Assembly (NCBI RefSeq): GCF_006345805.1
Contig: NC_043006.1
Coordinates: forward strand, 40,672,001 to 40,736,000
Length of the DNA: 64,000 nucleotides
Direction of reading: 5' to 3'
Source of the DNA: Octopus sinensis
Taxonomy: Eukaryota
The notes under the pieces are model-generated. The model made no database searches, was not told where the DNA came from, and was given only the letters and a program-made list of their open reading frames with translations. A program made the translations under genes and the position numbers. Numbering within the stretch: position 1 is the first letter of the stretch; every line of letters starts with the position of its first letter. This document shows positions 51,288 to 64,000 of the stretch, in pieces.

Positions 51288-53096
51288 TATACAACAGCAT
51301 ATGCTTCAACACACAAAGTCACATAAAGAATCTTGCAAACCAAATCCAAAAACGAAATAAAGTAAGCTTTGGAGTGATAAGTTTTCGAGTATGAAGATGA
51401 TATGAAAAAAAAAAATTGGAGTATTCTGGATCATTCTCCTGTCCTCCCATACCTATCCCTAAGGGGAGCACTGGATGGCACTGTCACCTCACTATTCAAT
51501 AGTGCACCCTCAGATTTACTGTGATATACTTATTTCGAAACTCTTTAGCGTTATTAGAAATTTAGTTCCTGTTTAAAATATTCTGAAGTACTTTTGGGCA
51601 CGGACGCCTGGCGACGGCTCAAAAGTAATTTGTTTCCTTACAAATCTCTTTAAAATGTGTATCTCGTTATTTAAGATAGTGGAATGTAATTTGAAGATTG
51701 CTATTTCTAGCAAGCCAAAAGACCCGGTAGAGACTCCCTCATTGACACGACTTAGCTACAGAAATGAACACCCATCTTAACTTTGTTTCCGCATAACTTT
51801 CTTAACAATACCTATTATTTTAAAGAAAAATTTCCGGATATGGCGTGTATTATGGTTTTGTCGGTAAAAAACTGTAAAGAGCAAAATAATTTGACTTAAT
51901 TTTTTATCTTTTACTTGTTTCAGTCATTCAATTGTGGTCATGCTTGAGCACCGCCTCGAAGGACTTTAGTCGAATAAACCGGCCCTACAGTACTTTTATT
52001 TAAAAGCCTGGTACTTATTCTGTCGGTTTTTTTTGTCGAACCGCTATTTTACGGAGATGTTGAAAAATCAACACCACCTGACAAGTAGTGGTGGCAGGGG
52101 ATAAGCATAATTAGAAACACACGTGCGCGCACACACTCACACACATATATAAAAGGTTTCCACACAGTTTCCGCTAACCAAATTCCGTAACAGGTCATTG
52201 GTCGGCCAGGGGCTATCGTAAAAAACTCTTGTCCAAGGTGTTCTGCTAGAATTATTTAAACAAATTGTGACACAAAATATTATCTAAAGCCCGTCAATTG
52301 CTTAATGGCCCATAACTAAATTAAATTCAAATTAAATTCATTTGAAAATGGTTCAAAACCCACAGAGAACACATGAGGGGCCCATTTGTGGATCACGGCT
52401 CACAGCTTGCCGTCGACAATTGCTAATTCCTCGGCTTTGGTCGCAGAGCCTATACACAACTGCAGTGCCTGTGAAAACGACGAGTTTCCTTAGACCAAGA
52501 TTCATAATTGTGTAATTTATTTGGCGAAGTGAGAAGCAATTCAAAGACAAAGTGTTTTTTTATGCTTTGCGTTTCGTTCCCCCACCACCCTCTTGCTTTC
52601 CAGTGATTGTGCCATTGCCGCACTTTTCAGGGTTTCAAGATTTCACCATGACTGACAGGGTGGCTAACGAGTGCTATACCTTGCCAAAAGGCAACCTGTG
52701 ATTTTGTCCGGGACTGCCTATTGAAAGTTTCACAGCTAGCCTAAATATCTTCAGGCCTTTCTCCAATCCGCAAAGAGGGGACCCAATGGATGGGAGTTTT
52801 CATCACCATACCACAAATCTGGACGCTTGGAATCCAGGCCACGAGATCCATTGCTCAACTGGTATTTATTTCATTGACCCTGAAGGGCAATGTGGATCTC
52901 AGTGGAGTTTGAACTCATCCTACCAATAAATATTTGTATGAAGATTTCCTGCCTGTTCCCACCAATATAAGAGAGAAAGGTGTTTGCACTTTGCGGAACA
53001 TTACTGGTGAGCTAAACAAGAGCTGACGTGTGACATATTGCTATGGATGCCAAAGCATGACTCTTTTTCGTTATATCTCTATATACTTATATAGAC

Positions 53097-53999
53097 GCAC
53101 AGGCGTGGCTCTCTGGTAAGAAGCTTGCTTCCAACCACATGGTTCCGGGTTCAGTCCCATTGAGCAAGTGTCTACTACTATAGCCTCGGGCCGACCAAAG
53201 CCTTGTGAGTGGATTTGGTAGACGAAAATTGAAAGAAGTCCGTCGCGCGCGCGCGCGCACACACACACACACACACATACATGTATATTTATGTGCGTGT
53301 CTTTGTGTCGGTGTTTGTCGACTCCACCACCACCACCACCTCCATCGATCGACAACCGATGTGGGTGTGTTTACGTGGGTGTGTTTATGTGGGTGTGTAA
53401 CTTAGCTGTTAAGCAAAAGATATCGATACAGTAAGTACTAGACGTACAAAGAATAAGTCCTGTGGTCGATGTCTTCGACTAAAAAAAACCCCTTTAAGGT
53501 GGTGTTCCAGCATGGCCGCAGTTAGATGACTGAAACAAGTAAAAGAATAAAAGAATATGTATATATACATAATACATACGACGGGCTTCCACACAGTTTC
53601 CGTCTACCAAACTCACTCACAAGGCTTTCGTCGGTCCGGGGTTATAGTAAAAATTACTTGCCCAAGGTGTTGTGCATCGTGGTTGAAACCGAAACAGCAA
53701 AGTTGCAAAGCGAGTTTCTTAACCACAAGAGCACACCCATTCCTGAAATGTATGTATGCATGTATGTATGTCTGTCTGTCTGTCAATCTATTTGCCTCGT
53801 TTTCGCCATATCGCTATATATTTATATAGACGCTCAGGAGTGGCTCTCTGATAAGAAGCTTGCTTCCCAACCACATGGTTCCGGGTTCAGTCCCATTGCA
53901 TGGCACTTTGGGCAAGTGTCTTCTAATATAGCCTCGGGCCGACCAAAGCCTTGTGAGTGGATTTGGTAGACGGAAACTGAAAGAAGCTCGTCGTATATA

Positions 54000-54030
<31 letters not shown>

Positions 54031-54286
54031 CTGTCTGTATGTCTGTTTGTGCCTGTGTTTGTCGCCCCCACTACCACCACCACCACCACCACCACCATCA
54101 ATTGACAACCGATGTAGAATGTGTTTACATCTTCGTAACTTAGCTGTTAGGCAAAAGGAACTGATAGAATAAGTACTAGGCGTACAAAGAATATATCCTG
54201 GGGTCGATTAAAAAAAAAAGCCCTTTATGGCGGTGCTCCAGCATGGCCGCAGTCAGATGACTGAAACAAGTAATAGAATAAAAGAA
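53097..54286 (+). mobile_element. Two near-tandem dominant SINE copies just inside DHFR intron 1
   Basis: Copies at ~53097-53555 and ~53829-54286. Confidence 0.8.
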
Positions 54287-54417
54287 TATTACACACACAC
54301 ACACACATAGATACATACATATATACACACCGACACAGGCACACACATATCGATTGATCTTTCAACACATATACATACACATACACGTATGCATGTTAGG
54401 TTTTGAATTTAACTTAC

Positions 54418-54533
54418 TTTAAATCCCATGGCATATTATTCTTATAGCCGATACCTCGATTTTTGCACATAGCTACAATCAAATAAAGTTTTAAATTATT
54501 TGTCTTATCTTCGACAGAACTGAATTCATCCAT
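54418..54533 (-). CDS. DHFR: Dihydrofolate reductase exon 1
   Basis: MDEFSSVEDKTNNLKLYLIVAMCKNRGIGYKNNMPWDL+AA with a GTAAGT donor; contains the IVA..GIG....PW DHFR motif. Confidence 0.93.
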
Positions 54534-55039
54534 GTTTACAAACGACGTCGTTCACACTTGTCTCTACTTCTCGGCCTTTTTGCGTCGCTTTCCGAATCGC
54601 CTTAGTGTCGTCTCAAACTGAAACAAGTGTTTCGCTTATAAACAGGGTAAACAATTATAGTTGTTGTTGCTGCTGCATATTCTGTTAGATTATAATTGTG
54701 ATACTGGACGTGCACTCTATATATGTCTATAATTCATAAGTGGTTTTAAACTATGTTGACATTACACACACACACACACACTCATACACATAATATGCGA
54801 CAATCTTCTTTCAGTTTCCAAGTACAAAATCCACTCACAAGGCTTTGGTAGACCTGAGCCTATAGTATATATATATATACACACACACACACACATATAT
54901 ATTCACACACACACACATATGTTGTGTGTGTGTGTGTATGTATGCATGTATATGGATATATTTCACTCGATTGCGAGATTCCCACGCAATAACTAGCACT
55001 TGGGTATGAATAACTGAGTACACTACCAGCAGTGTATTG

Positions 55040-55109
55040 GATAGGCACTATATACATATATATATGTATATATGTTTGTATATATATTAAATATATATAT
55101 TATATATAT

Positions 55110-55205
<96 letters not shown>

Positions 55206-55378
55206 GCATATATATACACATATATACATGCGTATATATATATTTATAAATGCACACACACACGTATATATATATATACATACACACATATATAATATAT
55301 ATATACATACATATATGCACACACCACACACACAAATATATACTCATAATATATACATATAGTTAGATATACATATAG

Positions 55379-55415
<37 letters not shown>

Positions 55416-55416
55416 T

Positions 55417-55450
<34 letters not shown>

Positions 55451-55601
55451 CATATACAAATACGTATACATCTATACATATATATCTAGTATATACATCC
55501 ATATATATATAGACATCTATATCTATACATACACACATAACATATATATACATAAATATATATATATATACATACATATATATTTACACATTATCATGCC
55601 T

Positions 55602-55645
<44 letters not shown>

Positions 55646-55659
55646 ATATATATATAATA

Positions 55660-55706
<47 letters not shown>

Positions 55707-55748
55707 CATACATACATAAATGCATATATACATATATATATATATATA

Positions 55749-55798
<50 letters not shown>

Positions 55799-55930
55799 AT
55801 ATATATATATATAATATAGATATATAATATATATACACACAACACATATATGTATACTTACATATATACACGTGTATATACATACATATTTACATATACA
55901 TGTAAGTCTATCTATATATTATACATATAT
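55040..55930. repeat. ~0.9-kb (AT)n-dominated microsatellite block upstream of DHFR
   Basis: Directly visible; further blocks at 56335-56760 and 57308-57600. Confidence 0.9.
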
Positions 55931-56192
55931 TATACATTAACGAGACCAGCCTCGCTTTAAATTATGCATAGCGGAGCGGGTGAGGATCCTAAAAGACTCC
56001 TTTAACCCAGGGAACATCCTAAACTCTTCTAGTCTATTGGAACCCACAGCAGATCGATAGCCAAAGGAACTCAATCACTTTTGTTGACATCGGCGATCGA
56101 CAGCCAAGGGGAGACAATCCCCTTTGTTGACATTTCCTCCTCCACATTCTAGATAGGCCTCTCGCTAGAGAGGCGTTTAGGCAGCAAATTTT

Positions 56193-56253
56193 GGGACCTG
56201 ATGATACGCCATAAAGCCAAACCCTTTATGGACGTGAAACCTAAAGTAATCCC
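56193..56253 (+). ncRNA. Hammerhead motif (family G)
   Basis: gggac-CTGATGA-t-acgccataaag-ccaaacc-ctttatgg-a-cgt-GAA-ACctaaaGT-A-atccc. Confidence 0.6.
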
Positions 56254-56332
56254 ATAAACAGACTTTTCCCATTTAATATTTACTGTTCTATAACTTAGAG
56301 TGCGCTTCTTTTTTCGGATTTATGTTTACGGA

Positions 56333-56365
<33 letters not shown>

Positions 56366-56416
56366 CATATCAAAAGGAAATCGTGTGTGTATGTATATAT
56401 ATATACACGATTTCCC

Positions 56417-56476
<60 letters not shown>

Positions 56477-56635
56477 GACGGGCTTCTTTCAGTTTCCATC
56501 TACAAATCCACTCACAAGGCTTTGGTCGGCCCGAGGCTATAGTGGAAGACAGTTGCCCAAGGTGTCACGCATTCACACTGAACCCGGAACCATGTGGTTG
56601 GTAAGAAAGATACTTACCACACAGCTCCTCCTGCG

Positions 56636-56727
<92 letters not shown>

Positions 56728-57304
56728 ATATATATTATATATATATATATATATATAACCTTTTACTTGTTTCAGTCATTAGACTGCCGCCATGCTGGGG
56801 CACTGCCTTGGATTCGACTTCAGTATTTATTTTTTAAACCTGGTATTTATTTTATCGGCTGTTTTGCTGAACTGCTAAGTTGCGAGGATGCAAACACACC
56901 AGCACCAGTTGTCAAGCCGTGGTGGTGGGGAACAAACTCAGGCAGAAGGACAGATACACATAAATACACACACACACAATCTCACAGGCGCACATACGTG
57001 TGAAGGCTTGGTTAGAACGTCGGGCTTACAATTGTAAGGTTGTGAGTTCGATTGCCGGACTTGGCTGTGTTTTGTGTTCTAGAGCAAGACACTTTATTTC
57101 CCATTGCTCCAATTCACTCAGCTGCAGAAATGAGTTGTGATGTCACTGGTGCCAAGCTGTATCGGCCCCTTTGCCTTCCCATGGATGACATCAGTGGCAC
57201 AGAGAGGGGAGGCTGGTGTGTATAGGCGACTGAAGGTCTTCTATAAGACTTGTGCCTCGGAGGGTAACTTTCTAGGTGCAATCCCCTCGTCCTCCATGGC
57301 CAAA

Positions 57305-57379
<75 letters not shown>

Positions 57380-57480
57380 TATATTATATATATATATTAT
57401 ATATATATATACATAATATATACATATATACATATATATATACGTATATACATATATATATGTATATACATATATATATG

Positions 57481-57511
<31 letters not shown>

Positions 57512-57546
57512 AATTTATATATATATATATATAATATATATATATA

Positions 57547-57586
<40 letters not shown>

Positions 57587-58959
57587 CCATACATATATAC
57601 ATACAACCTGCTTGTGAAATTAACATGCAAGGGAGATACAATACATGTACAAGACCCTTACAATTGTGAGCCAAAGCCCCTTACCATTAAGCCACACGCT
57701 GGTGACATGGCTTCTGGTTCAATCTCACTGTGCGGCACCTTATTAGTGGAAGCTCGTTGTATACGTGTGTATGTGTGTTTGTTTTTGTCCTTTACCACAG
57801 CTTGATTTGTCTACTTCCCGCGACTTCCAGCGGTTCAGCGAAAGATCATTAGAATAAGAACCGGAATTAGAAAAAAAAAATGAAAAAAAAATGGCAACTA
57901 GACCCTTCAAGGTAGTGCTCCAGTATGACTGCATTCCATGAGTGAGACAAGCAAAACAGAATATCCACGTTTAAGAGGGAATATATACATATACAGGAGT
58001 GGCTGTATGGTAAGTAGCTTGCTTCTCGTTTTTCGGCACATTTATAAAATACTGTGACGTATATTTGCCATTTAAATATGGCTAACCACTAAGGGTGGAT
58101 GCTACTGTAGTTTGTAGCCCCAGGAGGACACCTCTTCCAGCTGGCTATAAACACACTTTCTGTGCCCTATCGGTACATATATATAATGTCGAAAATGAAT
58201 TGAGAGTGATTAAATGATAAAACAATCTTTTGATGATTCAATATTTCTGTGAAAATGAAAAACCTTTGAGATTAGATTAAGATATATCTTTATCGTATGA
58301 CCGAAACATACCAGATTATTAAATTTCATGGAATAACAAGAGTGTAAGGAAAGAAGGCCAATGATTATTGGAAACAAGCTCATTCTTGTATTTCTGTTAT
58401 TTAGACATTTGTACCCCAATTTGATCTGTTATGTCAGCTACATAGCTTCGTCGAAATATTAGATTGATCGTTATCTATCTGGGTTAGCGCACGACCTAAA
58501 CGAAATACAATACAGGCAAGTTTAAGGTCGGAAGTTTCCCGGATATCTGGATTTTCCGGTTTTCTGAAGTGTATGCAAGTAAAGAATTAAATTGTATGTT
58601 ACTGACTGAAATTAATACACTTTTAAAGCAGGGTATGTTTGATATTTATTTATTCCATCATGTATATATATTTCTTTACTGCCCACAAGGGGCTAAACAT
58701 AGAGGGGACGAACAAGGACGGACAAAGGGATTAAGTCGATTACATCGACCCCAGTGTGTAACTGGTACTTAATTTATCGACCCCGAAAGGATGAAAGGCA
58801 AAGTCAACCTCGGCGTAGGAGTGGCTGTGTGGTAAGTAGCTTATGGTTTTAGGTTCAGTCTCACTGCATGGCACCTTGGCAAGTGTCTTCTACTATAGCC
58901 TCGGGCCAACCAAAACCTTGTGAGTGGATTTGGTTGACGGAAACTGAAAGAAGCCCGTC

Positions 58960-59039
<80 letters not shown>

Positions 59040-59756
59040 ATGTGTGTGTGTGTGTGTGTATGTATTTGTATGTCTGTGTTTGTTCCCTTCCCCCAGCATC
59101 GCTTGACAACCGACGTTGGTGTATCGTTAGCGCGCTGGACGAAATGCTTAGCAGTATTTCGCCTGTCGTTCTGAGTTCAAATTCCACCAAGGTCGACTTT
59201 ACTTATAAAATAAGTACCAGTCGAGCACTGGCGTCGATGTAGTCGGCTAATCCTCTACACCAAAATTCCAAGGCCTTGTGTCTATAATAGAAAGGATTAT
59301 GTTGCAAATGTACATTTTGTTCCGGGGCTGTGTTGAAACTAAAACAGCAAAGAAGACCCATACTTGCTGTTCAACCCCCCCCCCTGTTAACTTTACTTAA
59401 ACATTTATTATATTGCGACACAGTCTCTGAAGCAGTTTCAATATATATATATATATATATATATATCACCGTGATCACCGCTACACATCGCTGGTCACAA
59501 TGTGCTTCGCATTGTTTTAGCCTTCAAATGATGCTACCCCGCTGGCTAAGCGAGCAGGCCAACAGAAGAAAGAGTGAGAGAAAGTTGTGGCGAAAGAGTA
59601 CAGCAGGGATCACCACCACCCCCTGCCGGAGCCTCGTGGAACTTTAGGTGTTTTCGCTTCAATAAACCTCACAACGCCCCGCTTGGGAATCGAAACCGCG
59701 ATCCTACAACCGCGAGTCTGCTGTCCTAACCACTGGGCCATTGCACCTCCACACAC

Positions 59757-59793
<37 letters not shown>

Positions 59794-60111
59794 AATTGAG
59801 ATAACATATATCCAATATACTGCCAGTAAAGCACCCAACAAAGTTAATACATAAATGTTAAGAATTACGATGCAATTAATATGGGCGAAGTTAAAATGTT
59901 TTACCACAAATTTATAATACAAAATAAGAAAATAGAGAAATACACCTTAATCAATAATCAACTACCAGATAATACTAATCACATAATTTATTAACCCACT
60001 ACATATGAACATCAAGGTCAAACAGAACAAAACAATGCACATCAATGAATAATATAATACAATAAGTACAATATGTATAAATAAATATATATAAATATAA
60101 ATATAAACTAC

Positions 60112-60238
60112 ATCTTACAGCTGTTTCAGCCATGTAGATATGGGTATCTCATTATGCTCATATTAGCCAGGTGTGATAAGTTAAAACGTGGTTATAAATG
60201 AGACACTTACAAAAATACCCCAAGGCCTCTTCAGAGAT
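60112..60238 (-). ncRNA. Type I hammerhead ribozyme motif (family H), intact core, long stem II
   Basis: atct-CTGAAGA-ggccttggggtat...atacccatatctacatggct-GAA-ACAGCTGT-A-agat. Confidence 0.72.
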
Positions 60239-60444
60239 TATAAAGTACAATCTAAATATGAATATCAGAGGAGGTACACCCATACAAGAGTGGGTACATA
60301 CCCATAATATATAATATACACATACATATGAGTGCATATACCCATGCTCCTATATAATATATATATACACATATACATAATAATATATAATAATATACAT
60401 ACATATATTCTATATTCAAGGTTACAGTTTGTAAAATCAATATA

Positions 60445-60860
60445 TTAGAATACACACGCGGTCGGCGCTCTGTTGGTCACGACGACGAGGGTTCCAGTTG
60501 ATCCAATCAACGGAACAGCCTGCTTGTGAAATTAACATGCAAGTGGCTGAGCATTCCACAGACACGTGTACCCTTAATCTAGTTCTCGGGGAGATTCAGC
60601 ATGACAAAGAGTATGACATGGCTTGCTCCTTTGAAATACCGGTACAATAGAAACAGGAAGAAAGAGTGAGAGAAAGTTGTAGTGAAAGAGTACAACAGGG
60701 TTCGCCACCATCCCCTGCCGGAGGCTCTTGGAGCTTTAGGTGTTTTTGCTCAATAAACACTCACAACGCCCCGGTCTGGGAATCGAAACCGCGATCCTCC
60801 GGCCGCGATCCTACAACCACGAGCCCTCTGTTCTAACCACTGGACCATTGCGCCTCCACA
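60445..60860 (-). mobile_element. Third tRNA-derived SINE family
   Basis: Head gtggaggcgcaatggtccagtggttag...ggtttcgattccc; related copies at ~59460-59752 and ~61985-62285. Confidence 0.75.
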
Positions 60861-61125
60861 CACACATACACATGTATGTATGTATGTATGTATGTATGTA
60901 TGTATGTATGTATGTATGTATGTATGTGTATATATATATATATTAAAAATGAGGAAGGCCGGTTTGCGAAATTTTTTTCCCCACGAGAGTTCCGGATCCC
61001 AGTTATAAACTCTTTTTCATACAACCAATCAAAGCTTAACTAACTTATGGAGCGTATAACAAGCGATGGCGATAAGATAAGGTCACTTAAGTAAGGAATG
61101 ATTTTGCTTCTTTTCTCTTTTAATA

Positions 61126-61267
61126 TTAGGTTGTCCCAAAAGTTCGTAAACACTTGCGAAAATTGAATTTTTACTCGCCAAGTACTAACAAAAACAACAA
61201 AAATTATTCCTCAAAATAAAGACCATTATTTTCCAAGACTTTCTACGAACTTTTGGGACAACCTTAT
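61126..61267. mobile_element. Mariner-like MITE
   Basis: ggttgtcccaaaagttcgta / tacgaacttttgggacaacc TIRs, flanked by TA-like ends. Confidence 0.7.
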
Positions 61268-61661
61268 AATACTTTTTGTTCTTGTTCTTGTTTCAACCAT
61301 GGCTGCCTCTGTGTAGTTATTTGTGTTGTTGTTTACTTTGTAAAACAGTAAGGGGAGAGGGTTGCTAACACATTACCCTCTGCCCACATTATTCCCATCC
61401 ACATCTTCACCATAATGGGGCCCTCACGAAATCCGATTATAGGTACAAATGCAAATCTATCTAATTACTTGTCTCCTTCTAAAATCAGGCATAACTTGGC
61501 CAATCGATCGACTTACAACACTGTTCTTCGTTTTGAATTTACTCGGTAGAGTGTGTTTGTTAACTTGACAACAAGGTCAAGGTGAGCTCCGATTGGCTGT
61601 ATGCAAATGAGTTCATTACTGGGCTCGGGAATCCTCGTGCAAAGAAAAAAAAAAAATTCGC

Positions 61662-61816
61662 GGCCGGTTTATGGGTTTACCTTAGATTCCCCGCACATAA
61701 AGGGTTTAGCTTTATGTTGTATCATCAAGTCCCAAAACCTGTTGACCCTCTGACGATATGCCATAAAGCTAAACCCTTTATGGACAGGAACCCTAAGGTA
61801 ATCCCATAAACCGGCC
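61662..61816. repeat. Foldback of degenerate family G hammerheads
   Basis: ggccggtttatggg...cccataaaccggcc inverted arms, each with a (C/T)TGA(T/C)GA core and a cataaag/ctttatg stem. Confidence 0.65.
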
Positions 61817-61890
61817 TTCCCCCATTTTTAACATATACTGCTCTATATCTTAGAGTCTGCTTCTTCTTTCAGATTTATGTTTTTTACTGA

Positions 61891-61958
<68 letters not shown>

Positions 61959-62509
61959 TAGATATATATATATATTTTATATTTATGCGCCCTTTTCAAG
62001 CCTAGCCAGGCTCATGGACCTGGTTTCCCGGTTTCTATGGTGTATGTGTTCCCCCCACCCCAACTGGACGGGACGCCAGTCCATCGCAGCGTTACTCAAG
62101 AAATAGGAAGAAAGAGTGAGAGAAATTTGGGGCGAAAGAGTACAACAGGGGTCGCCACCACCCTCTGCCGGAGCTTTAGGTGTTTTCGCTCAATAAACAC
62201 ACACAACGCTCGGTCTGGGAATCGAAACCACGATCCTCCGACCGCGAGTCCGCTGTCCTAACCACGGGGCCATTGCGCCTCCACACGCACGCACGCCACA
62301 CACACACAACACACCACACCACACACACACCCCACACCCACACACCAATTTTTTTTTCGTAATGAGAGAAAAAACCCTAGGCTGTGTAGATTTTAGAACA
62401 TTTATAGATAGACCTTCCATCTATAAATGTTCTAAAATCTACACAGCCTTGCATTTTTTTTTACCTCATAACGAAAATTTTTTTATATACACACGCTGAT
62501 ATATATGTA

Positions 62510-62724
62510 TTTCTTTCACCCACAAGGGTTAAACACGAGGGACAAACAAGGACAGACAAACGGATTAATCGATTACATCGACCCCAGTGCGAACTGGTAC
62601 TTAATTTATCGACCCCGAAAGGATGAAAGGCAAGTCGACCATGGCGGAATTTGAACTCAGAATGTAACGGCAGACGAAATACGGCTGCGCATTTCGCCCG
62701 CGTGCTAACCTTTCTGCCAGCTCG
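62510..62724 (-). mobile_element. Fourth SINE family (gtcgactttgcctttcatcc...aagtaccag domain)
   Basis: Related copies at ~3890-4090, 7730-7900, 25850-26085, 44560-44755 and 58680-58815. Confidence 0.7.
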
Positions 62725-63068
62725 GTTGAACCCCTTATTCGCATAATCACCGAACCTGGAACTTAATATGGTCTTATCCATAGCACTTATCAGATTACCT
62801 GACACCTTTGGGTCTCAGTGACACACCATACCTCTCATAACCTCCCTCTCTCTCTCTCTGTATATATAATATATATAATATATGTATATATATATATATT
62901 TTGTGTGTGTATAAAGAAAACTACTCTTAACTGTGGTTTGGCTTTGACTGCTCCTTTTAGCATGTAAGGTGTCCTGTTAGGCTCACCTCTCTTATGTATA
63001 AAAATGTACACTAATTATATATATATATATAGATGGTCTAAGAATCAATGCTTTACAAAAATATGCAT

Positions 63069-63069
<1 letters not shown>

Positions 63070-63105
<36 letters not shown>

Positions 63106-63421
63106 CGTGTGTGTGTGTGTGTGTGTGTGTATGTAAAAGCATCTTCAATGAGAACTCTAATAACAGTTGCAACAACAACAATAGCAGCAACACAGCAACA
63201 AAGGTAATAGCAAAAACAGCAACAACTGCACCCATAGCATTAATAGCAGCAGCAACAGCCATCACTGCGACATCCTGACCACCCACCACCACCACCACCA
63301 TTACCGCTGCCATCATCATCATTATCATCATCATCAGCAACAACGTTCAATTGACCTCCTCCGACCATTACCAAAACAAACATTTAACGAAACGTTTCCC
63401 ATAAATATTTACATGTCTAGC

Positions 63422-63503
<82 letters not shown>

Positions 63504-63715
63504 GACACACACACACACGCGCACACACATTACAGATTAATAATTGTTTTTTCCGTTATTGTTGCTTTTGCTGGTGTCGTTGCCATTATTGTCGCTGCTG
63601 ACTGTAAATTATTTATTAAACTAGCAGTGCACCTAGTTTTGCACTGACCATCAAATTATAACAACAACAACAACAACAACAACAACAATAATAATAATAA
63701 TAATAATAATAAATG
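63070..63715. repeat. Mixed microsatellites (GT)n, (CAA/CAG)n, (CAC)n, (CA)n, (AAC/AAT)n
   Basis: Directly visible. Confidence 0.85.
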
Positions 63716-64000
63716 CCCTGATGCAGTACCAGGCAGTGACTATGCTCTGATGCAGTACCAGGCAGTGGCTCTCGTGGCTTCTGATCTTAGCTGATTGGAA
63801 GTGTTATCATGTATGGTACATTGTTTTGTTTTGGTATGAAAGATGGGCTACGGCAAATATTCTGCTCAGTACCACAGATTTGTTTGTCAGCTGTTTGACC
63901 GTAACCAGTTGAGCATGTCCCTTAGTTGCTGACGAAATGTGCATCTCTGATCACGAGCAGTAGTGTGTGTGTGTGTGGGGGGGGAGCATCATAGCCATGT

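Noticed and set aside
58420-58455. cgacgaagcta-tg-tagct-gaca, hammerhead-like on the minus strand
   Set aside because: Both halves of the core are mutated; it cannot be distinguished from chance.

Overview
AT-rich, repeat-saturated eukaryotic (mollusc) genomic DNA. The tRNA-SINE families, the microsatellite load and a squid-type DFPase point to a cephalopod, most likely Octopus; this is inference, not a database match. Two spliced genes lie on the minus strand. (1) A complete six-exon dihydrofolate reductase, join(complement 54418-54533, 47636-47685, 44912-45017, 41095-41218, 39503-39618, 36548-36623), gives 588 nt / 195 aa with all GT-AG phases consistent. (2) The first coding exon (21206-21379) of a diisopropyl-fluorophosphatase (squid DFPase-like) gene; the only exon-2-like sequence in the window (58-161) is degenerate. 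The rest is SINEs, RTE/CR1/RLE LINE remnants, an ORF1-only L1/Tx1-like element, MITEs and microsatellites. The most unusual signal, found by reading the sequence by hand, is about 8 apparently unrelated repeat families that each carry a minimal type I hammerhead ribozyme motif (CUGANGA...GAAA) with a self-complementary stem III. Several are arranged as foldback inverted repeats. One family fuses a tRNA-like Pol III head to the hammerhead and recurs 5 times as a foldback, partial in some copies. All structures were folded by eye; no database search or folding program was run.
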